A stretch of 64,000 nucleotides of DNA. Source: an uncultured Bacteroidota bacterium. GTDB lineage: Bacteria; Bacteroidota; Bacteroidia; JABEUT01. The position numbers were made by a program, and so were the translations under genes. The stretch is taken from NCBI GenBank assembly GCA_903901055.1, contig CAIUPO010000103.1:1705-65704 (forward strand), read 5' to 3'. The notes beneath the pieces are model-generated. The model did not search any database and was not told where the DNA came from. It saw nothing but the letters and a program-made list of their open reading frames with translations. This document shows positions 47,705-58,647 of the stretch, in pieces; the stretch's first letter is position 1; the number at the start of each line of letters is the position of its first letter.

Positions 47705-49792
47705 TTACAGCGTCTCTTTCAGCCAGCGGTAAAACTCGTGCTGCCAAACCATACCATCCTGAGGGCGAAGCACCCAGTGGCCTTCATCATCAAAATATAG
47801 GAAACGGGCCTTGATACCTTTCAAACGGGCTGCCTGATAAGCTTCCATACCTTGTTCAACCGGTACGCGGAAGTCCTGCTGGCCATGTATCACAAGGATA
47901 GGTGTGGTCCATTTATCCACATAATTTTTCGGGTTGAACTTTTGGTAATCTACCGGAGTCGGGTTGTTCCAGTAAGCACCGCCATGTTCCCAGTTGTTGA
48001 ACCAAACTTCTTCAGTAGTTCCATACATGCTTTCAAGGTCAAATACGCCATCATGCGCAATAAATGTTTTGAATCGGCCATTATGAATACCTGCTAAAAA
48101 GTAAATGGAATATCCTCCGTAACTGGCTCCCACAGCACCTCTGCGATTCACATCCACAAAAGGCAGTTTTGATATAGAGTCAATAGCGCAAAGGTAATCT
48201 TGCATTACAAGTCCGCCCCAGTCGCGGCTTATAGCTTCATTCCAGGCAGTACCAAAACCCGGCATCCCGCGCCTGCAAGGTGCTACAATAACATATCCGT
48301 TGGCAGCCATCAACTGGAAATTCCAGCGGAACGAATAAAACTGCGAAACCATTGACTGTGGCCCTCCCTGGCAGTAGAGTAGGGTAGGGTATTTTTTAGT
48401 TGCATCAAAATCCGGTGGGTAAATAACCCAAACGAGTTCTTGCTTATTGTCAACCGTATTAACCCAGCGCCTCTCAATTTTACCTGTGTGTATATTGTCG
48501 TAAGCGGCTTTATTAGTAAATGTAAGTTGGGTATATTCGCCTTCAGGTGGGTCTTTGTCAAACTTTTTCGGGTTGCCATAATGATGATAGTCTACATTAA
48601 CTTTATAAATTTCAGCAGCATGATTCATATCGGTTCTGGTAACCAACATATAGTTGCCCGATAAGCCAAGCATGGCAGTTACATCATGGTCGCCACTTGT
48701 AAGTGACCGGATTGTTTTATTTGATTTCGCAGAAAGCTCACCCGGAAAGGTCAATTCAAAAAGTTCATCAGTTCCCTTGCTGGGTGCAATAAAATACAAT
48801 GTTGAGTTATCTTTGCCCCATTTAATCGAGGAGACGGATTCATCCCAAAAACTTGTCAAATCGTATTTGGTTTTGGTTTTAAAGTCATATAGCATAAGGC
48901 GGTTTTTGTCTGCCTCATAACCGTCACGAGCCATACTTAACCAGGCCAGCCTGCTTCCATCACCCGAAAACACAGGATAGGTATCATACCCCGGATTATC
49001 CTGCGTAAAGTCAGTTGTTGTGCCTGAAGCAAGGTCATACATGTATAAATCAGTATTCGTGCTAATGGCGTATTCTTTACCTGTTTTCTTCTTGGTAACA
49101 TAAACGATAGTTTTGCTATCAGGGCTCCAAACCACGTCTTCAGCGCCCCCTTCCGGTTGCTGAGGACAATAGTAAGGTTCAGCTTTCATAATATCAATAG
49201 CCTTGGTCATATCAATTTTGCCAGTAGTATAAGGTGCATAAAATACATGCCCATAAGTTCCATCTTCCCAAAAATCCCAGTGGCGGTACATCAGGTCATT
49301 ATAAATTTTGGCATGGGCTTTAGGCAGGTTAGGGTAGAGGTCTTCCTTCATCTCGTCTATCTTTACATTCTTTGTAAAAAGCACCCATTTCCCATCCGGC
49401 GAATATTTAACATTGTCAATTCCATCATTGTCATTGGTTAGTTGCACCGCAGCACTTCCATCGGCATTTGCTTCAAACCAATTACCTTTATAACAATACC
49501 CCATTTTCCCGGCAGGAGAAAACTGAACATTGTTTTCTGCTCCTTTAGTAGTAGTGATTTGTTTAGGCTCGCCACCCGCGATCGCAATAGAATAAAGGTT
49601 TTCTTCTCCTTTATTCGAGTCTACATTGTAGTATGTAATTCCATAAATAACCGATTTACCATCAGGCGTAACTGTTTCACCGTTTACTCTTCCAAGTTTC
49701 CAGAGCAGTTCCGGGGTCATTACGTTCTGGGCCGCAACAAAAGTTGAAAGTGGCAGGCTTAAAAATAAAAGTGAAATGGCATTTTTCTTCAT
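47705..49792 (-). CDS. S9-family peptidase (dipeptidyl-peptidase 5-like)
   Basis: Signal peptide from 49792; QGGPQ, GASYGG nucleophile, DFRV, EGHW. Confidence 0.93.
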   Translation of the reverse strand: MKKNAISLLFLSLPLSTFVAAQNVMTPELLWKLGRVNGETVTPDGKSVIYGITYYNVDSNKGEENLYSIAIAGGEPKQITTTKGAENNVQFSPAGKMGYCYKGNWFEANADGSAAVQLTNDNDGIDNVKYSPDGKWVLFTKNVKIDEMKEDLYPNLPKAHAKIYNDLMYRHWDFWEDGTYGHVFYAPYTTGKIDMTKAIDIMKAEPYYCPQQPEGGAEDVVWSPDSKTIVYVTKKKTGKEYAISTNTDLYMYDLASGTTTDFTQDNPGYDTYPVFSGDGSRLAWLSMARDGYEADKNRLMLYDFKTKTKYDLTSFWDESVSSIKWGKDNSTLYFIAPSKGTDELFELTFPGELSAKSNKTIRSLTSGDHDVTAMLGLSGNYMLVTRTDMNHAAEIYKVNVDYHHYGNPKKFDKDPPEGEYTQLTFTNKAAYDNIHTGKIERRWVNTVDNKQELVWVIYPPDFDATKKYPTLLYCQGGPQSMVSQFYSFRWNFQLMAANGYVIVAPCRRGMPGFGTAWNEAISRDWGGLVMQDYLCAIDSISKLPFVDVNRRGAVGASYGGYSIYFLAGIHNGRFKTFIAHDGVFDLESMYGTTEEVWFNNWEHGGAYWNNPTPVDYQKFNPKNYVDKWTTPILVIHGQQDFRVPVEQGMEAYQAARLKGIKARFLYFDDEGHWVLRPQDGMVWQHEFYRWLKETL

Positions 49793-49930
49793 AGCTATTT
49801 TATTAAGGTGGCTAAGATATAGAAATGTTGATTCGTATCGGGTGATTTTAACTATCGTTAATTTGAAGTGCCTCTTCCCTGCAATTCTAAAGGGTTTCAC
49901 TTCCCTCAACTTTTCATACTTTTGCCAGCT

Positions 49931-51274
49931 ATGTTAAAAGTCTTTAACGAAAATATTTTAAAGCTGGTAAAAGACCATCCGGGTAAAAAATATTTGCTTG
50001 CTGTAAGTGGCGGGCTTGATTCTGTTGTAATGGCTGAGTTGTTTTTTCTGGCGGGGTTTGATTTCAGTATTGCCCATTGCAATTTTCAATTAAGGGGTAA
50101 AGAATCGGATGGAGATGAGAGGCATGTCAAGAAACTTGCAACTGATTATAAAGTACCATTCTATTCAATTAAGTTTGATACTGAAAAATACTGTGCAGAT
50201 AATAAAGTATCAGTGCAAATGGGGGCAAGGCAATTACGCTATAATTGGCTTGAGGAAATAAGAAAACAATATAAGCTTGATTATCTTGTAACGGCTCATC
50301 ATGCAGATGACGCCATTGAAACGTTTTTCATTAATCTTTTAAGAGGAACGGGAATTGCCGGGCTACATGGCATTAATGCAATACATGGAAATTTAATTCG
50401 TCCAATGCTTATCTTTTCAAGAAAGAATATTGAATTATTTGCCAAGGAAAATAAATTAGAATGGAGGGAAGATAGCAGTAATGAAACAGATAAATATGAG
50501 CGCAATAAAATCCGGCATCATTTAATTCCGGCACTTGAAAAAATAGAGCCTCAAGCAAAAAATGCAATGAGCCATACTATGGATATGCTAAGGCTTACCG
50601 AAGAAATATATAAGGATGCAATAACTGGCAAGGCATCGCAATATGTTAAAGAAGATACGAATAAAACCACCATTCAATTTGGGTTGTTCAAGAATTTGAA
50701 ACTTGCCCCTCTTTATCTGTTCGAGCTATTAAAGGGCGTCGGATTTAATTATAGTCAATGTGAACAAATAGTGGAAAGTTCAAAAGGCCAGCCAGGGAAA
50801 ATGTTTTTATCTGAAACGCACAAATTAGTTATTGATAGAGGGAAATTAATTGTTGAAAAGCGAGCTGAATCAGGAGGAATTAAGGAAATGGTTGTGACTG
50901 AAAAACTGGAAGAACTTTTGACAAAAGAAACGCACTATTCTTTTAGGATTCGCAAAAGGACTACTCATTTCTTAATTCCACAGGAGGCAACCATTGCAAC
51001 CATTGATTATGATAAATTAACATTTCCGTTAAAAATCCGTAAATGGCAAAAGGGCGACAAATTTTATCCGCTTGGAATGAAGAAGCCTAAAAAGGTAAGC
51101 GATTTCCTGATTAACAGCAAGATTCCATTACCTGATAAAGAGCGTGTGTATGTGCTTCAATCGGATAATGATATAGTTTGGGTTATAGGCTATCGACTGG
51201 ATGAAAGATATAAAGTTACAAAGGCAACAAAAAAATTATATCTTTGTAATTCACAAAAAGCAATCACCCTATGA
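49931..51274 (+). CDS. tilS: tRNA(Ile)-lysidine synthetase
   Basis: AVSGGLDS PP-loop, AHCNF, TAHHADD, EDSSN, RNKIR, TilS_C domain. Confidence 0.96.
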   Translation: MLKVFNENILKLVKDHPGKKYLLAVSGGLDSVVMAELFFLAGFDFSIAHCNFQLRGKESDGDERHVKKLATDYKVPFYSIKFDTEKYCADNKVSVQMGARQLRYNWLEEIRKQYKLDYLVTAHHADDAIETFFINLLRGTGIAGLHGINAIHGNLIRPMLIFSRKNIELFAKENKLEWREDSSNETDKYERNKIRHHLIPALEKIEPQAKNAMSHTMDMLRLTEEIYKDAITGKASQYVKEDTNKTTIQFGLFKNLKLAPLYLFELLKGVGFNYSQCEQIVESSKGQPGKMFLSETHKLVIDRGKLIVEKRAESGGIKEMVVTEKLEELLTKETHYSFRIRKRTTHFLIPQEATIATIDYDKLTFPLKIRKWQKGDKFYPLGMKKPKKVSDFLINSKIPLPDKERVYVLQSDNDIVWVIGYRLDERYKVTKATKKLYLCNSQKAITL

Positions 51275-51558
51275 ATGCAATCCACAATCCGCTTTTGGTT
51301 GATAAGGAAATAATAGGCAACCTACATTTTCCGAACGAAGAAATTCTTCATTCATCAGAGTTAAAACTAAGAAGGGAGTATGAACTTGAACGAGCTGCTT
51401 CTTTAGGAAACGACAAAGTAAAAATTAAAATATTATTTGAAGATGCTGAAGGATTGAAGCAGGTTGAAACAACTGTTTGGGCAGTTACCAAGGACAGGGT
51501 TGTTCTTAAACACGGGGCTACCATTCCTATAAAACGAATACACGAAATCAAGATTTAA
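51271..51558 (+). CDS. Conserved hypothetical protein
   Basis: ATGA overlap with tilS; A.SLGN...KI.FED..G...VETTVWA pattern. Confidence 0.8.
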   Translation: MNAIHNPLLVDKEIIGNLHFPNEEILHSSELKLRREYELERAASLGNDKVKIKILFEDAEGLKQVETTVWAVTKDRVVLKHGATIPIKRIHEIKI

Positions 51559-51561
51559 TTT

Positions 51562-52023
51562 ATGCACCTTCTATTGAAGAGAAGTTTAACAGGTTTTTTT
51601 TTATTTTTTTCAATTCTAGCCAGTGCACAGAATATTGACCCACTGAAATGGTGGAGCGTTTCACATAAACAAATCAACGACAGTGAATATTCAATAGTTA
51701 TTCATTGTGAAATTCCTAAATTGTGGCATACATTTTCACAATACACTGACAGCAATGCAGAGACTCCGATGGCTTTTACATATAATGCCTCATCTGATTA
51801 CAGTTTAGTTGGTAAAACAATAGAGGACCCTTGCATCTCGGAATATGATTCTGTATTTAAATGTACCGTTAAATACTTCACCAAGCCCGTTAATTTTACT
51901 CAAAAAATCGTCGTTCACAATCACAAAAAATTTATCCTGCAAGGGAATGTTTATTTTCAATCCTGTAACAATGGCCAGTGCCTGCGTCCGCAGGAGTATG
52001 ATTTTTCCGTTAATATTCCTTAA
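51562..52023 (+). CDS. Stand-alone DsbD N-terminal (Ig-like) domain protein
   Basis: Signal peptide, FQSCNNGQCL; close duplicate of the N-domain of the next gene. Confidence 0.85.
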   Translation: MHLLLKRSLTGFFLFFSILASAQNIDPLKWWSVSHKQINDSEYSIVIHCEIPKLWHTFSQYTDSNAETPMAFTYNASSDYSLVGKTIEDPCISEYDSVFKCTVKYFTKPVNFTQKIVVHNHKKFILQGNVYFQSCNNGQCLRPQEYDFSVNIP

Positions 52024-52049
52024 TAAAAAATAGTATTTTTAGACCTTCA

Positions 52050-54062
52050 ATGAAAAGAATTTTATCGGCCCTGCTTTTATTTCTTGCATTTTCTGCAAGT
52101 TCACAGATTATTGATCCTACCAAATGGTGGAGTGTTTCTCAAAAACAAATCAATGATAGTGAATATGTAATTACAATGCATTGCGATCTTCCGAAAGGGT
52201 GGGATACCTATTCTCAGCATTCCGACAGCAATGCGGAAACCCCAATGGCATTTACATATACCGCTTCACCTGAATACAGGTTGGAAGGAAAAACCCAAGA
52301 TGATTCTTGCGTTACAAAATATGATTCTACATACAAAACTATTATTAAATATTTTATAAAACCGGCCAACTTCACACAAAAAATTGTTGTTCATAGCCCC
52401 AAAGGTTTCATATTTAAAGGAAGTGTATTTTTTCAAGCATGTAATAATATAGGGCAGTGCCTCAGGCCAGTATCTTATGACTTTTCAATATCCATTCCGC
52501 CAACTGTGCCAACTGAAAAGAGTTCAGGTTATTGGTGGCTTTGGCTGCAATGTTTTGGGTGGGGTTTTGTTGCTCTTCTTACCCCTTGTGTTTTCCCCAT
52601 GATACCTCTCACAGTTAGTTTTTTCACAAAGCGGGCTTCGTCACATAGTAAAAAAGTATCTGCAGGGCCATATTTATATGCATTAAGCATCATTTTAATT
52701 TATGTAGTTTTTGGTGCGATAATAAATGCTATTTTCGGTTCTAAAGCACTTTATTTTATTGCCAGCAACGGATGGGTAAACCTCATATTCTTTATTATCT
52801 TTTTAATTTTTGGTTTTTCTTTTCTTGGAGCGTTTGAAATAACACTTCCCAGTTCATGGGTAAATAAAACTGATAAAGTTTCCGAACGTGGCGGAATTAT
52901 TGGTATTTTCTTTATGGCACTTACATTGTGCATTGTATCATTTTCCTGCACCGGCCCAATTTTAGGTTCATTACTTGTGGGCGCATCCCAAAGCGGAGGG
53001 ACTTGGAGCCTCCTTGTAGGTATGTTTGGATTTTCAGTGGCAATGGCATTGCCATTTGCTTTGTTCGCTGCGGTTCCGGCATTGCTTGCTAAATTACCTA
53101 AATCAGGTGGCTGGCTTAATAGTGTAAAGGTGGTATTAGGATTACTGGAAATAGCCTTCTCGTTTAAATTTTTATCGAATGCTGATTTGACGGGCCTGCA
53201 TATCAAGTTCCTTCATATTCATCTGAATGGTCCAATTGGAATACTTCCCCGCAATATATTTATAGCTATCTGGATAGTGCTATTTGCCATAACAGGTTTT
53301 TATCTATTGGGGAAATTAAAATTTCATCATGATTCCGATTTAAAACACATTAGCGTTTTTCGTTTAATTCTTGCAGTTTTTGCATTCATGATTTCACTTT
53401 ACCTTGTGCCCGGGTTGTTTGGCGCTCCGCTTAAACTTCTTAGTGGATTGCCACCGCCGCAGTCATCATATGACAATGAAGGTTGGGGATTATCTTCAGC
53501 GTCTTCATCCTCTGGACAAAATGGTAAGGCCGATACTGCAAAAAAAGTAGTTGCAAAAACTTCAGGCACTCATGGTTGCCCACCACACATTAATTGTATA
53601 CATGACTATGATGAAGCCGTTGCTACTGCTAAGCAACTTAATAAACCTATAATGATTGACTTTACTGGGAATACTTGCCCTAATTGCCGAAGGATGGAGG
53701 AAAAGGTATGGTCGGACCCCTCTATTTATACTATTATGAATAATGATTATGTGCTAGTCTCTTTATATTGTGATGACCAAAATGAATTGCCCGATAACCA
53801 AAAAAGTATTTCCAAATTTGATGGCTCAAAAATTGAGACTTTGGGGGATAGATGGTCTGATATGGAAGTGAATCTTTACAAAGGTAGCATTCAACCTTTG
53901 TATGTGCTAATTGATGCCGATGGTAATATTTTAACTCCCCAAAGAGGATATAACGCCGATATACAACAATATAAACAATTCCTTGAAGACGGCTTAAGGG
54001 CTTTTAAAACAAAATCATCTGGTGCTTCTTTTAAGTCAGATTCAAAAATAAGTCTAAAGTAA
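52050..54062 (+). CDS. dsbD: Protein-disulfide reductase DsbD
   Basis: N-domain C-x5-C, TPCVFPMIP, SFSCTGP, LPKSGGWL, thioredoxin DFTGNTCPNCR. Confidence 0.93.
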   Translation: MKRILSALLLFLAFSASSQIIDPTKWWSVSQKQINDSEYVITMHCDLPKGWDTYSQHSDSNAETPMAFTYTASPEYRLEGKTQDDSCVTKYDSTYKTIIKYFIKPANFTQKIVVHSPKGFIFKGSVFFQACNNIGQCLRPVSYDFSISIPPTVPTEKSSGYWWLWLQCFGWGFVALLTPCVFPMIPLTVSFFTKRASSHSKKVSAGPYLYALSIILIYVVFGAIINAIFGSKALYFIASNGWVNLIFFIIFLIFGFSFLGAFEITLPSSWVNKTDKVSERGGIIGIFFMALTLCIVSFSCTGPILGSLLVGASQSGGTWSLLVGMFGFSVAMALPFALFAAVPALLAKLPKSGGWLNSVKVVLGLLEIAFSFKFLSNADLTGLHIKFLHIHLNGPIGILPRNIFIAIWIVLFAITGFYLLGKLKFHHDSDLKHISVFRLILAVFAFMISLYLVPGLFGAPLKLLSGLPPPQSSYDNEGWGLSSASSSSGQNGKADTAKKVVAKTSGTHGCPPHINCIHDYDEAVATAKQLNKPIMIDFTGNTCPNCRRMEEKVWSDPSIYTIMNNDYVLVSLYCDDQNELPDNQKSISKFDGSKIETLGDRWSDMEVNLYKGSIQPLYVLIDADGNILTPQRGYNADIQQYKQFLEDGLRAFKTKSSGASFKSDSKISLK

Positions 54063-54063
54063 G

Positions 54064-55614
54064 GTGCAGTTAAGGCAGGCAATCCGTAATCTGTGGGAAG
54101 AAAAGCCCCTTGTGCTTATTATGTTTGCTGCTATATTTTTCCGTCTTATAGCTGTTGTTTTTTCAAAAGGATTTGCTTTTCATGATGATGAGTTTTTAGT
54201 GCTCGATCCTGCCGGCTCATGGGTTGATGGCTTCGATTATAATGCCTGGCTTGGTGGTCGACCATCGATGAATAATGCACCTGAGGGGCCAAGTTTATTT
54301 TTCCCCGGACTTCATTATTTGGTTCTGAAATACCTAAAGTGGCGCGGTGTTATGGATCCGCAATACCGCATGTACATTTTGCGGAGTTTGTTAGCTCTTT
54401 GGTCGCTTATAATAGTTAGGGTTGGATATAAAATTGCCAATTTTTATAGCGGTAAAAAAGTTGCAAAGCAAGTTGGATTACTGCTCGCTGTACTCTGGTT
54501 TATGCCCATGCTAAGCGTGCGCGATCTTGTAGAAATGTTTTGTATCCCGCCCTTGTTGTTAGCAACATGGATGACCATTAATCCTAAACGTAAGGATAGG
54601 TTAATAACCTATATGTGGGTGGGTGTCCTTTGTGGAATTGCCTTTAATACACGCTTTCAGACTGCGATGTTTACCGGCGGACTGGGCCTTGTGCTAATGT
54701 TCCGGAAAAACTGGAAACACTTTTTTATGTTTGGGTTTTTCTTTGTGGCAACGTTTGTGGCTTTTCAGGGCGGGGTAGATATGTATATATGGGGGAGGCC
54801 CTTTGCAGAGTTCAGGGCATATATAGAGTATAATATTAATAATAACCGTGGCTATCCATTCGGACCCTGGTATAATTACTTTTTAGTTATCGGCGGAATA
54901 TTGATTCCACCCATAAGCCTATTCCTCATGTTCGGCTTTTTCAAGTCGTGGAAAAAATACACTGTTTTGTTTCTTCCAGCTTTTTGTTTTTTCGCATTCC
55001 ACTCAATTTTTCCAAACAAACAGGAAAGGTTTATCCTGCCTATTGTTCCTTTTGTAATTATTCTTGGCTGCATTGGCTGGAATGAGTTTGTAACTTCATC
55101 TAAGTTTTGGCAAAAGCACCCCAGTGTTTTAAAAGGTTTCTGGGTGTTTTTCTGGATAGTTAACTGCATGGCATTACCCATTGTTTCTACTATGTATAGT
55201 AAAAAGACACGTGTAGAAAGCATGTATTACCTTTACGGGAAAAAGGATTTAAAGAATTTTATGGTGGAAGAAAGTAACCGTGGAAGTGTTACCCAGTCGC
55301 CTATGTTCTATACCGGAAGATGGAATTTCAGTCCGCGTGAAATAACAAATGAACATTCACTTAAACAAGATTATTTAGACATCCTGCATGTTCCTGATAC
55401 AATGATACACCCGAATTACGTCTTCTTTTTTGGTAAAGAACAAATTGAAGAAAGAATTGCTGCTTTTCAAAAAATGTATCCTCATTCATCCTATCAAACA
55501 ACCATTGAACCAAGTTTCGTAGATCTAGTAGTTTGGAAACTGAACCCTATCAACCGCAACGAAACGGTGTACATTTATAAGTTTGATGACAAAGTGGTGA
55601 ATTTGCCGAATTAA
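54064..55614 (+). CDS. GT-C fold membrane glycosyltransferase (Alg9/PIG-B/PMT-like)
   Basis: HDDE in the first loop, multiple TMs, FPNKQERFILP. Confidence 0.82.
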   Translation: MQLRQAIRNLWEEKPLVLIMFAAIFFRLIAVVFSKGFAFHDDEFLVLDPAGSWVDGFDYNAWLGGRPSMNNAPEGPSLFFPGLHYLVLKYLKWRGVMDPQYRMYILRSLLALWSLIIVRVGYKIANFYSGKKVAKQVGLLLAVLWFMPMLSVRDLVEMFCIPPLLLATWMTINPKRKDRLITYMWVGVLCGIAFNTRFQTAMFTGGLGLVLMFRKNWKHFFMFGFFFVATFVAFQGGVDMYIWGRPFAEFRAYIEYNINNNRGYPFGPWYNYFLVIGGILIPPISLFLMFGFFKSWKKYTVLFLPAFCFFAFHSIFPNKQERFILPIVPFVIILGCIGWNEFVTSSKFWQKHPSVLKGFWVFFWIVNCMALPIVSTMYSKKTRVESMYYLYGKKDLKNFMVEESNRGSVTQSPMFYTGRWNFSPREITNEHSLKQDYLDILHVPDTMIHPNYVFFFGKEQIEERIAAFQKMYPHSSYQTTIEPSFVDLVVWKLNPINRNETVYIYKFDDKVVNLPN

Positions 55615-55661
55615 AACAGCAAATGCAAAAGTTTATTTTCTAATCCTTTTATTGCAAAGTT

Positions 55662-56942
55662 TCAATCCAACGCCAGCACATTCTTCCGGAAGAAACGGAA
55701 AGAGAGCAAAATGAAACAGGCTCCAATAAGCAGAAGTATGCCAAGCCTCATAAGTAGTATTCCGCTTAACGGTAGTTGCCTCCATAGCACATCATAAAAC
55801 CCTTGTACCGACCAGTAATTTAAAGTAAAGCAACTAATATTCTGCATCCATGATGGCATAATAAATGTGGGAACCATACTGCCACCCAGTACCGACATGG
55901 AAAGAATAATTAGAGTACTAAGGCCTTGTAATTGAGACCTTGATTTAGCTATGGTTGCAAGAAATACGCCAAAACCGGAACATGCAAAAGCGGTTGCCAG
56001 AATAACTAATGCAAGTGGCAAAATTTTATCATGTACTTTTAATCCGAAGACAAAGCTTGTAAAAGTGAACATAATTGTAAGTTGAACACAGGCTACCAAA
56101 ATGGATGCAAACATTTTACCCAACATTATTTGTGAAGGATGAATAGGGGAGTAGAGTAACCTTTTTAATGTTCCCTGCTCCTTTTCATCAAGAAGGCTGC
56201 CGCCCATACCTGTTAAGGAAAAAAGCAACATCATAACCGCAGTACCGGCTACTGCATGCACCAACCCGGGGCTTGTAAGTTCGGCACTTACCACTGATTC
56301 TGTTTCCAGTTTCATGGTCTCATTCATATTGCCCATGCCTCCTCCACCGCCTCCGGAACTTTTGCCGGAGCTCTTTTTTGAAGTGTCGGATTCAGCGTCA
56401 CCAAAATTCTCTTTTATTTTTGAAAATACAAACTTAAATGTGCTGCTATCCATACCCGGGAATTGGGCACCAATGGAGTTTGTAATCATTTTCTCACCAG
56501 CCATTTTAACCACCTTCCCTCTGTATAGTCCTTGTGCAAGCAACTGTTGAAGCATTCCCATTTCCATAGATTCAGCCGCATCATATTCAAGTTTCCAATG
56601 GAATTTTTTCGATGCTTTTACTGAATCTGAAAACCCCTTTGGGATATCAAATATCGCGGCTCTTTTACCTGTTTTAACAAGATTTATTCCGCTGTCATAT
56701 TTACAGAGGATTACATTTAATAGTTTAACTGAGTCAAGGTCAGTAACCGTTTGTTGTGACAACACTGAGTTATCTTCATCACTCACTAATAAAGGAATTT
56801 TATCAATAGTGCCTTTTCCATTACCGCCGCCAAAGGCAAAAGCGAATACGGTAATCAATGGAATAGGCAAAAGAAAAGTGAGTATCATTGCCCTCCTGTC
56901 CTTCAGGAAACTTTTTAGTTCCTTTCTTAGTATTTTAAACAT
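55662..56942 (-). CDS. ABC-2 type transporter permease
   Basis: EKEQGTLKRL, LGGSMVP, one N-terminal TM plus a C-terminal TM bundle. Confidence 0.92.
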   Translation of the reverse strand: MFKILRKELKSFLKDRRAMILTFLLPIPLITVFAFAFGGGNGKGTIDKIPLLVSDEDNSVLSQQTVTDLDSVKLLNVILCKYDSGINLVKTGKRAAIFDIPKGFSDSVKASKKFHWKLEYDAAESMEMGMLQQLLAQGLYRGKVVKMAGEKMITNSIGAQFPGMDSSTFKFVFSKIKENFGDAESDTSKKSSGKSSGGGGGGMGNMNETMKLETESVVSAELTSPGLVHAVAGTAVMMLLFSLTGMGGSLLDEKEQGTLKRLLYSPIHPSQIMLGKMFASILVACVQLTIMFTFTSFVFGLKVHDKILPLALVILATAFACSGFGVFLATIAKSRSQLQGLSTLIILSMSVLGGSMVPTFIMPSWMQNISCFTLNYWSVQGFYDVLWRQLPLSGILLMRLGILLLIGACFILLSFRFFRKNVLALD

Positions 56943-57862
56943 TAGTCTCTGAGTTGTTTTCCGGTCATTTTTAGAAACACATTTTCAAGGTTTGCTTTTT
57001 GAATATCGATATGATGAATTTCATATCCGGCTTCTGAGCAGCTAACCACGCATCTTGTAAGGTCTTTTTTAGAATCTCCCGTTTGAATATAAATAGTGTG
57101 GTCGGTAACTTTAACTTCCAAATTTAGTTTTGTTGTAATAGCTAATTCATTAGGTGTTTGAGTACAATGCATAACTATTACATCTTGTATTTCGCTTTGT
57201 GTTTTAAGTTCTTCCAACGTGCCTTGGGCAACAATAACACCGCAGTCAATAATTCCAATTCGGTCGCAAAGCCTTTCAGCTTCCTCCATATAGTGGGTTG
57301 TATAAATTATGGTCATTCCATCTTTGTTAAGATGTTCAATCAATTCAAAAATCATATTGCGGCTTTGCGGATCAACACCTACTGTCGGTTCATCCAACAA
57401 TAATATTTTGGGTGAGTGGAGTAGGGCACATGCCAGATTAATCCTGCGTTTCATACCTCCTGAATAACTTTTTACTTTTTCATCTTTCCGGTCCGATAAG
57501 CCCACCAGTTTAAGAAGTTCCTCTGCCTTTTTATGAAGAGCGTCTGCTGAAATGGAATGTAATCCTCCCCAGAATAACATGTTCTCCCATGCCGTAAAAT
57601 TCGAGTAGAGTGCAATTTCCTGCGGTACTACACCCAATATTTTTTTTACTTGTTCAATGTTTTTTTTGGCATCAAGCCCATTAATATTTATTTCTCCTGA
57701 ATCGGGAGGGAATAAGGTGCTAAGCATATTGATGGTAGTACTTTTTCCTGCACCATTCGGGCCCAATAGTCCGTAGCATTCTCCATCTTTAATTGAAAAA
57801 CTCAAGCCATTAACCGCGTGGTTATTCCCGTAGCTTTTATGAATATCTTTTACGTCAATCAT
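56942..57862 (-). CDS. ABC transporter ATP-binding protein
   Basis: GPNGAGKS, YSGGMKRR, LDEPTVGVDPQSR. Confidence 0.95.
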   Translation of the reverse strand: MIDVKDIHKSYGNNHAVNGLSFSIKDGECYGLLGPNGAGKSTTINMLSTLFPPDSGEININGLDAKKNIEQVKKILGVVPQEIALYSNFTAWENMLFWGGLHSISADALHKKAEELLKLVGLSDRKDEKVKSYSGGMKRRINLACALLHSPKILLLDEPTVGVDPQSRNMIFELIEHLNKDGMTIIYTTHYMEEAERLCDRIGIIDCGVIVAQGTLEELKTQSEIQDVIVMHCTQTPNELAITTKLNLEVKVTDHTIYIQTGDSKKDLTRCVVSCSEAGYEIHHIDIQKANLENVFLKMTGKQLRD

Positions 57863-57864
57863 GA

Positions 57865-58581
57865 TTATTCAAAAATAACATTTTCTTCTTTAATTGTTAT
57901 ATCACCTTTTATCCGCAGAAAAACGTTTGTAAGTGTTACCACATCACTACAGCAATAACGGACTATTTTTTCCAATTCCTTTTTCTCCCAATAATAATTG
58001 CCAACCATGCTACCATCCATATCCTGTTTTGGGCTTGGAAGTCCCATTATGTAAGCCAAAAGATTTAAGGATGTAAATGCTTTATAGTCTCCGAATTTCC
58101 ATAACTCCAGGGTATCTATCAATTGCACTTCCCAGGGCTTCTTTCCCGCATTATCAAGCAGAGCCGGTATTTTAAGCCTGTTTATAATCATTCTGCGGGC
58201 AATATAAGGATAGTCAAACTCTTTGCCATTGTGGGCGCATAACTGAACTGGGCGGTTAAATGGTTTATGGTTTTCGATGAATTGAGAAAATTCTTTTAAT
58301 AAAAGAATTTCATCGTCTCCGGCAAAGCTTCGGATATGCAGCTCATCCTTTTTTATAAATCCGGTTACAATACAAATTATTTTTCCAAACTCGGCATAAA
58401 GCCCGCCCCTGCCAAACGAGTCTGGTATAGTTTCATTTTCTTTCAGAATCCGTTGCTTGACCATTTTTTCCTCCCACAAATGTTTGAGTGGATCCGGAAC
58501 ATCATTGAAATTGGCGTATTGAGGAACTGTTTCAATATCGAGGAAAACAATATTTTCCTTTTCCATAGGAGTCAATTGCAT
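57865..58581 (-). CDS. PolB-like 3'-5' exonuclease (DEDD)
   Basis: FLDIETVP, AHNGKEFD, YCCSDV. Confidence 0.92.
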   Translation of the reverse strand: MQLTPMEKENIVFLDIETVPQYANFNDVPDPLKHLWEEKMVKQRILKENETIPDSFGRGGLYAEFGKIICIVTGFIKKDELHIRSFAGDDEILLLKEFSQFIENHKPFNRPVQLCAHNGKEFDYPYIARRMIINRLKIPALLDNAGKKPWEVQLIDTLELWKFGDYKAFTSLNLLAYIMGLPSPKQDMDGSMVGNYYWEKKELEKIVRYCCSDVVTLTNVFLRIKGDITIKEENVIFE

Positions 58582-58647
58582 AAATCTAATTTTGAATGTG
58601 AAGATATAATTAATTCATCATTCAAAATTCATCATTCAAAATTTCTT

